A stretch of DNA of 53,029 nucleotides, filler included, from Ionaspis alba (lineage: Eukaryota): assembly GCA_964255285.1 (NCBI GenBank). It is 3 parts of 3 records of this genome, joined end to end, with 100 filler letters (N's around TTAATTAATTAA, not from the genome) between each part and the next. Parts side by side here need not be neighbours in the genome. Positions count along the whole stretch, not along the records: positions 1 to 17,628 come from CAXUUL010000315.1; positions 17,729 to 35,355 come from CAXUUL010000316.1; 1 more part is not named here. The stretch is one strand, 5' to 3'. The notes under the pieces are model-generated. The model was given only the letters and a program-made list of their open reading frames with translations. It did not search any database and was not told the DNA's origin. Shown piece after piece: positions 10,602 to 22,220 of the stretch. How positions within the stretch are numbered: position 1 is the stretch's first letter; each line of letters starts with the position of its first letter. Both the position numbers and the translations under genes were made by a program.

Positions 10602-11535
10602 ATGTATTTCTCAACCCAAATTCTCACCCTCTTCTTCGTCTCTTGCGGTCTTGTCTTGGGTATTCCCAGTGGCCTTGAAGTTCCAAAGGAGAAGAGGATC
10701 GTGTGCAATTCAGACAATGTCCTCCGAGCATTGAAACGTATTCCATCCGATGCCACAAGCTTGTGCTATTCCTTGATCTTATATGGAGTTCCGACGACGA
10801 CCGTCGTGCCGCCTGCTGGAGTGACACCAGCACCAGTGTAGGTGTCTAGTCCATGCTCACTATCCTCTGAGCCTTATCGAACAAGTCGCTGATTGCTGTT
10901 GTCGCTGCAGTATTGTAACAGTCACTTCGACCATCACCCGATCCGTCTACCCTGATGGTCGTACTCTCGAAGAACTACACTTTCCTACTGCTGTCAGCTC
11001 TTATCCTGCATCCCGAGTCTCAAGCGCATGCTCTTGTTTCTTGGGTCCAAAGTCGGTCGTCACGGAGACCGCGACCTTCCCCACCGCCGTAAGCTCCCTG
11101 TACTCCCTGCAACTCAATCTTTGTTCACGCACATCACTCCCTCACCACTAACATCCCACGTCCAACTAGACATCCACAGCCATCACAACCTCTCTCTCGA
11201 CTCTCACCGGTCCCTGTGCGACAGCCACCCAATACATTGGGGCCCACCTGCTGCTCACAGGGAACCGTGCCCAAACGTCAGAAACCAACCAAGTCTCACT
11301 GTCAAACTCATATCAGTGTTGCAATTACTGCTATAGCTCCCCAGGTGGTCTCTGCGTCGCCTACTTCAACGTTCCAGGGACTTCCTGCAGCATTATCAAG
11401 GCAAATCTCAATTTTCCGGCAACGTGTTCGTCGTACCCGCAAGATGCGACTGTCGAGGTCAACGCGACGAGATATCCGAACCAGATTGGAGGGAACGGGC
11501 CATGTGCGGGGAATGTGACTCCGTATTATGACTGA
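10602..11535 (+). CDS. Secreted cysteine-rich protein, 259 aa, 3 exons (10602-10837, 10911-11088, 11170-11535)
   Basis: Signal-peptide-like N-terminus followed by a KR dibasic site. Introns 10838-10910 (GTAGGT..GCTGAT..CAG) and 11089-11169 (GTAAGC..ACTAAC..TAG) give a continuous 780-nt frame to TGA. Contains CNSDNVLRAL, SSACSC, a Thr-rich linker and a CCNYC-containing C-terminal domain. Confidence 0.82.
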
Positions 11536-11873
11536 GGGCACGAGGAGATAGAGAGTGGTGGAGATTGCTGGGTTACAACTCACATACATACGGAGCACAT
11601 TATTTTATAAGAACATAAATCCTTCCTTACTCGTATACACGCTCAAAGCACATATAGAGTCAGGGTCTCACTTTTCAACAGTCATGATCAAAATACTATT
11701 AAAGACGTTAACCAAACAGATCCCAGTGAAAGTCCCGATCAATTTGTTACAGTACACCTCACTTCCAAGGGAACATGCCTCTAAAGTCTTGGTCATCTCT
11801 CCTCCACCGCCTACTTGATAAAACTGGCGATCGAATAACCGTGATATACCCTCCTATCCTTGCCTAAGCTCAT

Positions 11874-13971
11874 CTAACAGATCCTAACACCACAACATTC
11901 CACCCTTCCACCACCTATCTCCGCCTTTCTACCCCAGTAGAACTCCACCAACTCAGCCACAAACTTGCGATCGCCCTCACTCCAAACATCCAATCCCATC
12001 CTCGCCATATCCTCACTCCCAACCACAACCACGTCATCTCCATCCCTCCTTTCTCCCTCTACATCCCCTTCTTCTCCCTCTCCTTCTACCAGATCAGAAT
12101 CTTCCCCAGCCTCGACCACCTCTGCCAAAACCCCCAGAATCAACGTCGTAAGTCGATGAAAGTACGCAATAATCGCCATCTCCTTGCCTCCCTCTCCTGC
12201 GCCTCCGTCCACTCCACCAGGACTCACCACCGAAGTCCTCCGCGAACGAGGCCGCCCCGACGCACTCCCCGGATACTCGTTGAACTCTCTAAACAGAGCC
12301 GCATCGTGTACAGCCTCGTCGTCACGCTCCGCGCTCTTCTCGCCCGCAGAGGCCCACCACATGAACGAAGAGTATGCAAGCGCAGACCAGGAAAGGGGCT
12401 CGATGAGTTTTTCGTCGGTTGTCGAGGACGCGTCGTCGAAAGTTTCTTGGGTGTTCTCGATTGGCAGCAGCGGGGTTTGATCGGTGTCGTTCTCAAAGTC
12501 ATCATCAAGGCCTTGCACACTTTGACGGCGGATGTTGTACGGCGAGGTACCGCGACTGCGGGGGCCCGTCCGCTGTAAGCTTTGGCGCAAGGTACGGTAC
12601 CGCCGTAGATCGCGCTGGCTGGCTTTGACTTCGGAACCGAGAGCGTTTTTGATGGTAGGCCAGGCTTTTTCAGTCGCGTGCGTGCTGTAGGAGGGGGGAA
12701 TTGTGACGAGGATGTCGTAGAGGGTGGGTTTTTGTGCGAGGACGTTGTCGGTGGTGCAGGCGACCCAGCCGTAGCTGGGTACTTGGGATGATGGATTGTC
12801 TTTGGATAAGGAGTGAGAACGCTGGCGGTGGACTAGGGTGTCGATGTCGTGGACGCCTATCGAGAAGAGAGGCTGGAGGCGGGTTGGGAGTGGTTCGAGG
12901 GGGAGGGCGTCGGATATGGAGGAAGGAATATTGGAGAGAATAGATATATCGTACACTTTGATTTGTGTCAGTTTGTGATGCCTTATGTGTGGGAAGGTAA
13001 GAGATACCAAAGTTGCAGGCCAATTCTATAGGTGCTTGCGTAACAAGAAGAATTCTTTTTCTTAGTAGGGCTGCTTTATATAAGGGATAGATCAAGGGTC
13101 CGAACGTATCCAAGATTGCGGAAAGGGATAGCGCCGGGTGATGGGAAGATAGCCCTTGGCCTGGAGGTGCAAGGGCGGAAGCACTTGATATCCGCCTCTC
13201 CTGACCATAAGGGGAATGTTGACTCCGTCTCCTTTGGTCATCATCATGGTGGGCAGTGCCGGAACGAGAGTCTGGTGAGACTGAGCGCGTTTCTTCCGCC
13301 AGATGATTGTTGTCCCAGTATTCCTGCAATATCCGCGTGTTTGCGGGATCAAGAACAAGTTGTCTTCAGTCCACGATCAGCTTCCCGAGCACTGGAATTG
13401 CTGTGCCAAATACCCACTCAGCTAGCCGCTTGAGGCCCTCCGCATGCTTCCAGCTCTTTCCTAGCCTTCCGCTCTCAAGACGGACCAATGCGCCTACCGC
13501 CAGCATTAAGGCATTGCGGTCCCATTTTTGGGCCGATCTGTTTATGAATGCGCTGATGCCCGTATGATCGTCGTCATGCATAAAATACCTAGTCTACCGG
13601 TCAAACCATAAGTTTTGGGAGAAGGCAGAACGACTTACACCAGATCTTCCTCAACATTATGTAAACCAGATGGCAAAGACTTGAACTCGACACTGTCCGT
13701 GATTTCCACTGATCATCCGTTTAGCCATTGTTGAGACTCAGTGGTATCCTACAGCACTCACACTCTGGTGCACATTGTTTCCATGCTATCGTATATCTAC
13801 CCTCGTGTCTCTTAGTCTCCAGTTCGTGACGAGGAGTTCTGGTTCGGCTTACCCAGCTTTAACGTCGAATTGGATGAGGAACAAGGCTGCGATCGGAGGT
13901 CGGTCGTCGACGGATCCATTGGGCAGTTCGAGGTGAAGCGACTTGCCTCTGCGTCTTTGTACAGTCGACAT
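11874..13971 (-). CDS. DENND11/LCHN (DUF2347 + DUF4484, AVL9-related DENN) protein, 6 exons
   Basis: Spliced frame MSTVQRRR..IAALFLIQFDVKAG-YTIAWK..VEFKSLPSGLHNVEEDLV-YFMHD..LGKSWKH..FGPLIYPLYKAALLRKRIL..LFSIGVHDI..GWVACTTD..FMWWASAGE..MGLDVWSEGD. Canonical introns at 13797-13852, 13709-13761, 13589-13638, 13364-13417 and about 12957-13007. Confidence 0.82.
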
Positions 13972-14454
13972 CCTTGTGGACGCATGTTGCGATTGGAACT
14001 TGCAGAAGCTGACACTGTTTCTTCAATCCCACAACTTCGAGGCCGACGCCTGAAACGTCATGAGCATGCCAAGTGGAAGAATGAGCCGGACTCCGATCCC
14101 ACTGGGCTCGGACAGCGAAATAACAACTTAGCGGACAGGTACCAACTGAGGTCCCGGGGCTTGCATGAGATTTTGCGCTAAACAGAAAGGAGGGTCGCTG
14201 ATTCGATCGGCCATCGAGAACACTCTTTATTCCTTTTCGATAGCGTACCTCAAATAAATCCGAATATCCAGAGCCAAACCCAGAAGGAAAATCCCGCCCG
14301 TAGAGTACAGACATATTTCCTACTCTATCTTACGCCAGAGATTACACAACGGATCAGAGCACTGGAGAAACCCCAACTCAAGCCCTTAGGGCTTCTACGC
14401 AGGCTCTTTCAGGTTCAAAACCGCTGGAGGCAAAAGTCCAGACTTTCATGCACA

Positions 14455-16186
14455 ATGAGTATTGACGGCCAATTACCGGAGTTAAAAGAAAAGATGAACA
14501 CATCTCCTTCTTTACCACCACACACAAGGAAGCTCAATGGAAGAGCCTTTTACAAGAGCTTAGGCAGTCCAAAGTTGATCCTTGCTCCTATGGTGGATCA
14601 ATCAGAGTTCGTAGGCACCTCCTCACTTTACGGTCTCTAAACATGGGTCTAAGTGCTAATTTGATAAACAGGCATGGCGAGTGCTCACTCGATCCTTCAT
14701 GACTTCCGAATCATCAACAGATCTGCTGGCATACACCCCTATGCTTCATGCACGAATGTTTACAGAAACTGTCAAATTTCGAGATCACTACTTCCAACCA
14801 ACAAGAGCAGGCTTAGCAGAAATACCCACAGCGAAACCCTTGCCTTCAGAATCACAATTGTACCTGGATGGCAATCCTTCAATTGACCGACCCTTGACCG
14901 TCCAGTTCTGCGCCAATAACCCAGAGGAGCTACTGGAGGCCGCAAAATATGTACAACCATATTGTGATGCGGTGGACTTGAATCTGGGATGCCCACAGGG
15001 CATTGCAAGAAGAGGTCGCTATGGAGCTTTCCTGCAGGAGGATTGGGATCTCGTCTACAAATTGATCGGCACCTTGCACAAGAACCTTGATGTACCAATT
15101 ACAGCAAAGATTCGGATTCTAGAAACCAAGGAAAAGACATTGGAATACGCAAGAACAATACTATCTGCAGGAGCAAGCATCTTAACAGTACATGGACGGC
15201 AGAGAGAACAAAAGGGACACAAAACGGGCTTGGCAGATTGGACAGTGTTGAGATACTTGCGAGAGAATCTTCCACCGGACACAGTGCTGTTTGCAAATGG
15301 TAACATCCTACGCCATGAAGACATCACAAAATGCTTGGAGAAAACAGGCGCAGATGGTGTGATGAGCGCAGAAGGCAATCTCTACGACCCCACAATCTTT
15401 GCAAAACCCCCTCCCATCGGCTCAGAAGGCCGCGAATATTGGCGAGGGCGAAATGGAAAAGGAGGCTACAGAATGGATGCTGTCTTTCGCCGGTACATGG
15501 ACATCCTCTATAAATACGTCCTCGAGACTCCATCCCCGGATCGCAAACCCCTTTTTCTTCCCTCAGACTCCCCCACGTTCAACACCGAGCCCGAGGAGCC
15601 GCAAGCCACGGATGAGGAGCCTCCAGCAAAGCGTCAAAAGCACAACAAACAATCCAAACCCACGTCCCCAAACCTTCTCGCGATGCAACCCCACCTCTTC
15701 CACCTCCTTCGGCCTCTCGTCGCCCAACACACTGACGTCCGAGACGCCCTGGCTCGCTGCCGTGCTGGGGACATCGCTGCCTTCGAGAATGTTCTTACCA
15801 TGACCGAAGAAGTTACTAAGCGAGGTCTTCTAGATTATGAAGCGCATCCTGAAAAATACGAATCTCCTGCTGAGCATGACACTGCCGACGTCGATGTGGA
15901 CATCTCGGAGAACGTGGATCACGAAAGTTCCCTAGCGACCGTACGAGCTTGCAAGAGGCCTTGGTGGGTGTGCCAGCCATATGTGCGGCCGTTGCCCAAG
16001 GAGGCGCTGGAAAAAGGAAGTCTGACGCTAGGGAAGAAGGAGAGGAAGATATTGGAGGAAGCTGAAACTGTTGAATCGAAAAAGAGTCTTGGGAAGGAGA
16101 ATGGGGAATCTTTGCGGGAGCAGAGGGACATTGACGAGGGGATGGAGAGGTCGGAGATACCAAAGGAAGCCATGGTTTGTGGATAA
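14455..16186 (+). CDS. DUS1: tRNA-dihydrouridine(16/17) synthase, 2 exons
   Basis: LAPMVDQSEF-AWR joined by intron 14611-14671. Motifs DRPLTVQF, DLNLGCPQGIA, LTVHGR, FANGNI, GVMSAEG. Start could alternatively be the ATG at 14493. Confidence 0.93.
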
Positions 16187-16404
16187 ACTTGCTTGCCTAT
16201 ATTTAGAGAGAAAGATATAAGACTTCCATGGAGAACCCCGGTCCTTTCGAACTCTGTCAAGCAGAGTAGAGTGATATGGTACATTGAATTTACAGAATGT
16301 CTATGGACAAGAAAGGAGCCGCATAGCTCCAGCGGCCCTATGCCGGACATACAAACGTCAGTCCTTGCTTGTGAGGGAGGGTTCGAATATTCCTGTTTCG
16401 AGGT

Positions 16405-17628
16405 CTACACAGCTTCCGCAGAAGACATTCTCCTAGGTCTCGTGGCTTCCTGCTGATCGAAAAGCCTTGTTCCATCTCTCATCTGCCGTCTCTGACTTTC
16501 ACTTCGCTTGACCTTTCCCATGTTCCCGCCCCTGGTACTCTTCTCCCTACTTCCCTCACGCTTTCCACTCCCACCCGTCTCCTCCTTCTCCTTCTCCCTA
16601 GCGCGCACCTTCCCAACATTGTCGTCCAGCTCCGGCCGATCATACAACTTCAACAGTGCCGGCGTGAACCTCTCCAGAATCGCAATATCCTTGACCTTCA
16701 CCCGCATGTAGTCGAACGCCACACCGACCTTCATATCCGTCCGTGGCTTCTGCTTCAAGCTGCCGACCTTCCTGATTTCAACCATGCCAGAACTCGCCTT
16801 GCCACTCGCCCCGCCACTCGCCCCACTGCTCCGTCGACGCTCTGGTTTGGTAGGCAAAATCTCCCCACAACCTGATTCATCCTCCACCATCTCACTGATC
16901 GGCTTCGCCATCGCCTTGGCTGGCAACTCGCCCGCATCGACCAGGGCCACCAGGTTTCCGGGTGTCTCGTCCTCAGCGGTTTCGAGCACAAGCTCCTGTC
17001 CTTCTACAGCGTCCATGACCGGAATCTTCTGATACCGTTGACTGAAATGAGTGAGAAGTACTCTCCGCGCCCCCATTGCGATGCCCACCCCGATCGCCTC
17101 AGAGGTCGTGCTGTGCAGCTTCGCTTGCGCGTCACCACGTAGATCATCGTCAAAAGTGGCTTCGTGGAGTAGGACTGTGGAGCCTTGACCGATTTCCACC
17201 AAGGCCCGACAAGGGCGGCAGTCACCGCTGTAGGTGAATTTGAATCCGGTTGGGAATGTCAGACTGACGCCTTTGGCACCATAGCAGTGGGGAACATTGG
17301 CTGCAGCAAAAGAGGTAAAGCCGGTTGCGGTACGCATTGCTTCATTACTGCATGCATCGTTAGCACAATGCATGGAAAGCTTCGGTTTGACAGTCAACGA
17401 CTTACAGTTTTGCAGATGCGGTGTCGAAGCCAACTGTTACCCCGTTCCATTGCATCAACGTAGTATTGGGCTTTCCTGGCTTGGCGCCCCAGACGTTCAA
17501 TGCTATTATTTTGTCGTAGCCATAATCTTCGACGGAGGAGTATTCTTGGAGCCATTGAGCCATAGCATCGCTAGAGATGACAAAAAGGCGCTTTTCTTCC
17601 ATCATGGCCTTTGCCGGGTCATCCAATT
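16405..17628 (-). CDS. TRZ1: Ribonuclease Z (tRNase Z), C-terminal part only; 5' part lost in the gap at 17629
   Basis: VPHC, YSGDCRPC, LLHEATF, HSTTSEAI, LTHFSQRYQK and VAFDYM are tRNase Z C-terminal motifs. Intron 17348-17405. Confidence 0.9.
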
Positions 17629-17728
17629 NNNNNNNNNNNNNNNNNNNNNNNNNNNNNNNNNNNNNNNNNNNNTTAATTAATTAANNNNNNNNNNNNNNNN
17701 NNNNNNNNNNNNNNNNNNNNNNNNNNNN
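17629..17728. other. Artificial contig junction: 44 N + TTAATTAATTAA + 44 N
   Basis: A 12-mer with stop codons in all six frames sits exactly centred in a 100-nt block. The genes on both sides are truncated. Confidence 0.95.
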
Positions 17729-18705
17729 GGGGAGAGGCGCGGACGGAGGGAGGGTGGAGGGTGTTGATGAGGCAAGAGGGGAGGTGGAGTAGGCTGAGGT
17801 TTGAATGTAAGGGAGAGTAAGTGGCGGCTTCTTGGGTGTGGTTTCGTCTGGTGGTGTCGGTGGTGGGGAGTCTGCGGGAGTTGGCGTAGAGGCGGAAGTG
17901 TTTTCTGGTGTATCTTCGCTGGATGTGGTAGATGTGGGCTCTGTGATAAGTTCCGGAGGTGAAACCAGGGGGTCGATGTCAGTTGTAGTAGTAGTTGGTG
18001 GCTCTGGAGGAGGGTCCAACGGTCCTAACCAACCCTCGTGCAGTCCTCGCACGTATTCTTTCCAAGTATGTCGTCCGATGATTAGATCACCTTGCAAGCC
18101 CGCGGCAGGCTGTAGCCCAGCATTCGTCCGTATTTCCTCCACTATATCCTCAGGCGGCCCTTCCGTCTCAACCAGAGATTTCTCTCCGTTCTTTTTCCGC
18201 AATTTCCGGACTCTTTCTGCTAGGCCAGCTCGAACTTCTCCTTCTCGTCGCCCCTCTATTACATCCCAATCCATTGCTGCAGCTACCAAGACAGGCTTCA
18301 CGTATTCGTTGAAATATTCTCTCGAAGTTCGTAGACCGTCCCCAGGAGGCGCAGAAAGAACAATCGTGAGCTTTCGGGGAATCTGATTCGGAGCAAGAGG
18401 TTCCTGGGCGATATGAGAGACAGCACGGCACCACCTCTGCTGCGCTTTCTTTTTGTGGTAGCGGTCATAGAATATTGCGGAGGCGAAGGAGCCGGTGACG
18501 GAGAGGAAGATAAGCCAATTCCGCGAGGGGAGCTTGGCTCGCAATCGAGGGAGACCTTTAATACACATCAGCCTGGCACTAAGGCAGAGAAGGACCTGTA
18601 CTTACCCATCATCCGCAGAGCTGGATTTCCACCAGGTTTGACCTGCTCAATAGCAGCAGTTGGTAGCTTTGCGGCTGCTGCAGCCGATTTGGTTTCTTCT
18701 GCCAT
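17729..18705 (-). CDS. TIM54: Mitochondrial import inner membrane translocase subunit Tim54; 3' part lost in the gap
   Basis: NPALRMMG-LPRLRAKLPSRNWLIF (intron 18556-18605), YDRYHKKKAQQRW, SAPPGDGL, YVKPVL, IGRHTWKEYVRGLHEGWLGP. Confidence 0.93.
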
Positions 18706-19181
18706 GGCTGCAGGCTTTCAAAAATGGCCGAAGCTTGCTACGTGATCAATAAGCCATGTTACATCTAGTTCAAACCAATTAGTACGGGAGCAATGCTGAG
18801 GCCTGAGCTCCGTTGTAGAGGACTCAGTTAATGATACCGGACGGAAAAATTATGCTTCGAAGCTCTCCTAGCCTAACTTTGCCCGTTCACACCTGCCGCC
18901 TACCCCCGGGCAGCTTAGGCGGTAACCCGCCTGGGGAAAGATCTCGGCTCCTTCCGAGATCTCTAATCTTGAAGTCACCATAGACTTGATTGGCTGTTCC
19001 AACCTCGAATGTTATCAATACCCGCCTTCCTGTTCTCCAATCTACGTATGCCTAGAAAACAGAGTCTGATGCATAGCGAACGCATTCTTGTACAATGTTT
19101 CAGCGTCCATTCATAGACTGTTCCTTTCATTCCTAATGTTACTGCTTCGATAGCATTTTCTAGAATTCGGGATCAGCTGTC

Positions 19182-20633
19182 ATGGCTGCACCTAACCTGA
19201 CCATTCGAAATCTGACGTCCACTCCAATCGAGCTGAGGCTCTTGGAACGGTTCGAGGCACCTCTAAGTAATGGATTCGGAGTTTCTAGCATTGCGAGAAA
19301 CCTCACGAGCTTGGTGTCGAAACCTATAAGCTCAAGCATACCTGCATCGCCTACAGCAGATCAGTTGGCAAAGAATACCCAAAGCTTCGTTCGTGAGGAT
19401 GTATGCATCCGAATCGAAGCATTTGGCACGGTGAAGACCGACATTAGCCCTGCCGAGAGGACCTCAACTGGAAGACTACGCCTGACATTCGAGAATGATG
19501 GAGAGCGATATCGTATCGATACACCAACTCCAAGGTCCGAATCCTCTGTGCTTACACCTTTGACGCCAAATCCTCGATTCCAATATACTGCGGTCTATTT
19601 GTCCGAAGCTTCTCACCTCACTCTGTACTCCTCTGCCAATCTCAATTCCTGGATGAAGAATTTCAAAGACGAGACTCTCCTGTCTGCCCTCTCAATCCCT
19701 GGAACCCACAACTCACCCACGTACTACCGTGCTCTCGTCTCAGTTCGTTGCCAAGCTGTTTCCCCACGTGAACAGCTCGACAACGGTGTTCGTTTCTTTG
19801 ACATCCGAGTACAGCCTGAATCTCCACAAGATCCCAGCAAGGACGGTCTCATCCTTGTGCACTCCGCATTTCCTATTTCTTTGACGGGAGCTAAATACTT
19901 CCGTGATCTCCTGAATGTTGTCCATGAATTCCTGAACCAGAACCCTAGCGAGTCGATCGTGATGTCACTGAAGCGCGAGGGCACAGGTGATAGCACGGAC
20001 GCTCAACTCAGTCGGATCCTATACGATCATTACGCTGGCGATAGAAATCGGTGGTTCACCGCCCCGCGCATCCCAACACTTGGCGAGACGAGGGGCAAGA
20101 TCGTACTTCTTCGGCGCTTCGGCCTCGAGGAAGGTCTCAAGCAGGAGTGGTACGGAACCGGATGGGGTATAGATGCCAGCATCTGGGCTGACAACACACC
20201 ATGCGCTACATGCCCAAGTGGAGACGTCTGTGTACAAGATTTCTACGAAGTGCTCGAGACCGAGAACATAGATAAGAAGATCGAGTACTGCAAGGCGCAT
20301 TTGGAGCGAGCCGGGAGCTTTGTCTCTGCGTTCCCTGGTTCGAATCCCGATAATGTGGAGACCCCGCCAAAACATCCTTTCTTTATCAACTTTCTTAGTG
20401 CTAGTAACTTTTGGCGGGTTGGTTGCTGGCCAGAAAGGATAGCTGCTAAGATCAATCCAGCCATCATCGACCACCTCTGCCAGAGACACAATGAAGAGGG
20501 AGAAGGCAAGGGAGATGGCGGGACTGGCATAGTGGTTTGTGATTGGGTCGGAAACAATGGGAATTGGGACCTGGTTAGGTGTATAGTCGGCATGAACGCT
20601 AAGTTAGAGTTAAGAGAGAAAGCTTATAAATGA
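19182..20633 (+). CDS. Phosphatidylinositol-specific phospholipase C (PLC-X domain), 483 aa
   Basis: LSIPGTHNS, CQ..QLDNGVRFFDIR, LVHS, FLNQNPSE..MSLKRE, RGKIVLLRRF, VQDFY, GIVVCDW. Probable 5'-UTR intron at 19046-19153 (GTATGC..CCTAAT..TAG). Confidence 0.92.
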   Translation: MAAPNLTIRNLTSTPIELRLLERFEAPLSNGFGVSSIARNLTSLVSKPISSSIPASPTADQLAKNTQSFVREDVCIRIEAFGTVKTDISPAERTSTGRLRLTFENDGERYRIDTPTPRSESSVLTPLTPNPRFQYTAVYLSEASHLTLYSSANLNSWMKNFKDETLLSALSIPGTHNSPTYYRALVSVRCQAVSPREQLDNGVRFFDIRVQPESPQDPSKDGLILVHSAFPISLTGAKYFRDLLNVVHEFLNQNPSESIVMSLKREGTGDSTDAQLSRILYDHYAGDRNRWFTAPRIPTLGETRGKIVLLRRFGLEEGLKQEWYGTGWGIDASIWADNTPCATCPSGDVCVQDFYEVLETENIDKKIEYCKAHLERAGSFVSAFPGSNPDNVETPPKHPFFINFLSASNFWRVGCWPERIAAKINPAIIDHLCQRHNEEGEGKGDGGTGIVVCDWVGNNGNWDLVRCIVGMNAKLELREKAYK

Positions 20634-20863
20634 TCATCTCCCATGGTCCAGATGAAGCCACACTTCGCCATCGGGATTATCGGTCTCATCATCGAGTACC
20701 CATACACAAAAATTTGGTCTATAAGAGACGTGAGTTTCCTATCTAAGATGGTTATAGATATTTCCTTCCCCAAGTATCACTAAACAACATCATCTGTTCA
20801 CTTGTTGACAAAGTTGTCCAGACACTTTACCATTCACATAACCGATCATTCCCATATCCCACC

Positions 20864-21823
20864 ATGTTGGTCTCGACGCCAACAAACACCCCAAACTACT
20901 ACACCTCGGCATTCACCGAGGAGTTCTCCGACACCGAGTATGACCTTCTGTCTCGTCAAGGTCCGAGCATATACTCGGTATCGTACAACTCGGAGAACGG
21001 GCGGCAGCTAAACTCCTTGAGATTAGCTGCTACTCCTTCACACGGGAGCGAAAGACGTCAGTCCCCACCCCGTCACTGAAATCATTAATTTATGAACAGC
21101 ATTAACAAATAGACAGTAGACCAAGACGCCGACAGCCTGACCGAGCTGTCGCCTCTCCAACGAGGCCGGACGAACCCATTCGCGAGCGCAGACGTCCGCG
21201 AAAAGTCCACACGAGTGGACTCCGACGACCTCCCCTCGGGCCCATCCAGCAGGGCCAACTCCGGTGCGTCGAGCGGACCAAGACTCGACCCCTACGCACA
21301 TTCCGTCTCAGACCGCGTCCAACGCTGGTCGCCTCCGTCCCCCTCCCGCCATCTTCGCTTTGGCGAAAACGACAGCCAGAGCAGTCTCGGCTACCTCGTG
21401 GCCGAGCCGTTGACGAGGCCGAAATCGTCGCACACCAAGAGGCTGAGCTTGGAGTTCGCGAAGGCGAATCTCAAGGGGAAGCTGAAGTGTGCTGTGCAGG
21501 TGCCCGAAGCGCTGGGCAAGGATGTGGGAACCGTGGTGAGGAGAGGGTTTGTGGCCGTGACCCCTAGGAGGAAATCGTCGGGGGATAGCTCGGGGGGGTA
21601 TAGTGCTTTGTCCTCGCCCAAGGCGGAGAATAATGCGGAGGAGATGGCGACTCCGGACACTCCGAAGTCGCTGATGGCGGAGGCGCTTGATCAGGCTGCT
21701 GAAGCTGAGGAGCAGAAGGAAGCGAAGAAGGAGAAGAAGGAGACTTTCGGTGCTAGTGTTGAGAGACCGAAGGTCATCTTGGTTGGGAGTCCTTGGGAGG
21801 ACGATATTTTTGAAAGTAAATAA
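20864..21823 (+). CDS. Hypothetical Ser-rich protein, 299 aa, 2 exons (20864-21056, 21117-21823)
   Basis: Intron 21057-21116 (GTCAGT..ATTAAC..CAG) joins two track ORFs in phase. No recognisable domain. Confidence 0.6.
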
Positions 21824-22220
21824 CTGTCATACACTCAAAGGTCATTCTTGCAAAGAATGGCAACGCAGATTGCTCGAGAGGGTTTGCCATATGCAAAAAG
21901 CCTTGCACTAACCTCCAAATATATCTTGTGCGACGTTCAGAAGAAACATCAAGAGAGTTGATTCAGATCGGTGAACTATCGACTAATAAAGTCAACTAAA
22001 CGATCAAACACACTAACAGTATAGACAATTGGTGATATAAACAGTAATGATTCTACAAGAACGAGCCGGAGACATGTATCTTTCGCAGCCATGTCAAGTA
22101 CTCGCAAGAAATCACACCAATTTACTATCCAATATCAAGCAATGAGCAACATAAAATACCGCAACTTGGTGAGCGAGGTTCACAAGAGCCGTGTCCTGCT
22201 CAGGCGTCCCCAGGGACTCG

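Noticed and set aside
17673..17684. TTAATTAATTAA as a piggyBac-type TTAA target site or biological repeat
   Set aside because: It is exactly centred in N runs at two places, so it is a synthetic spacer.
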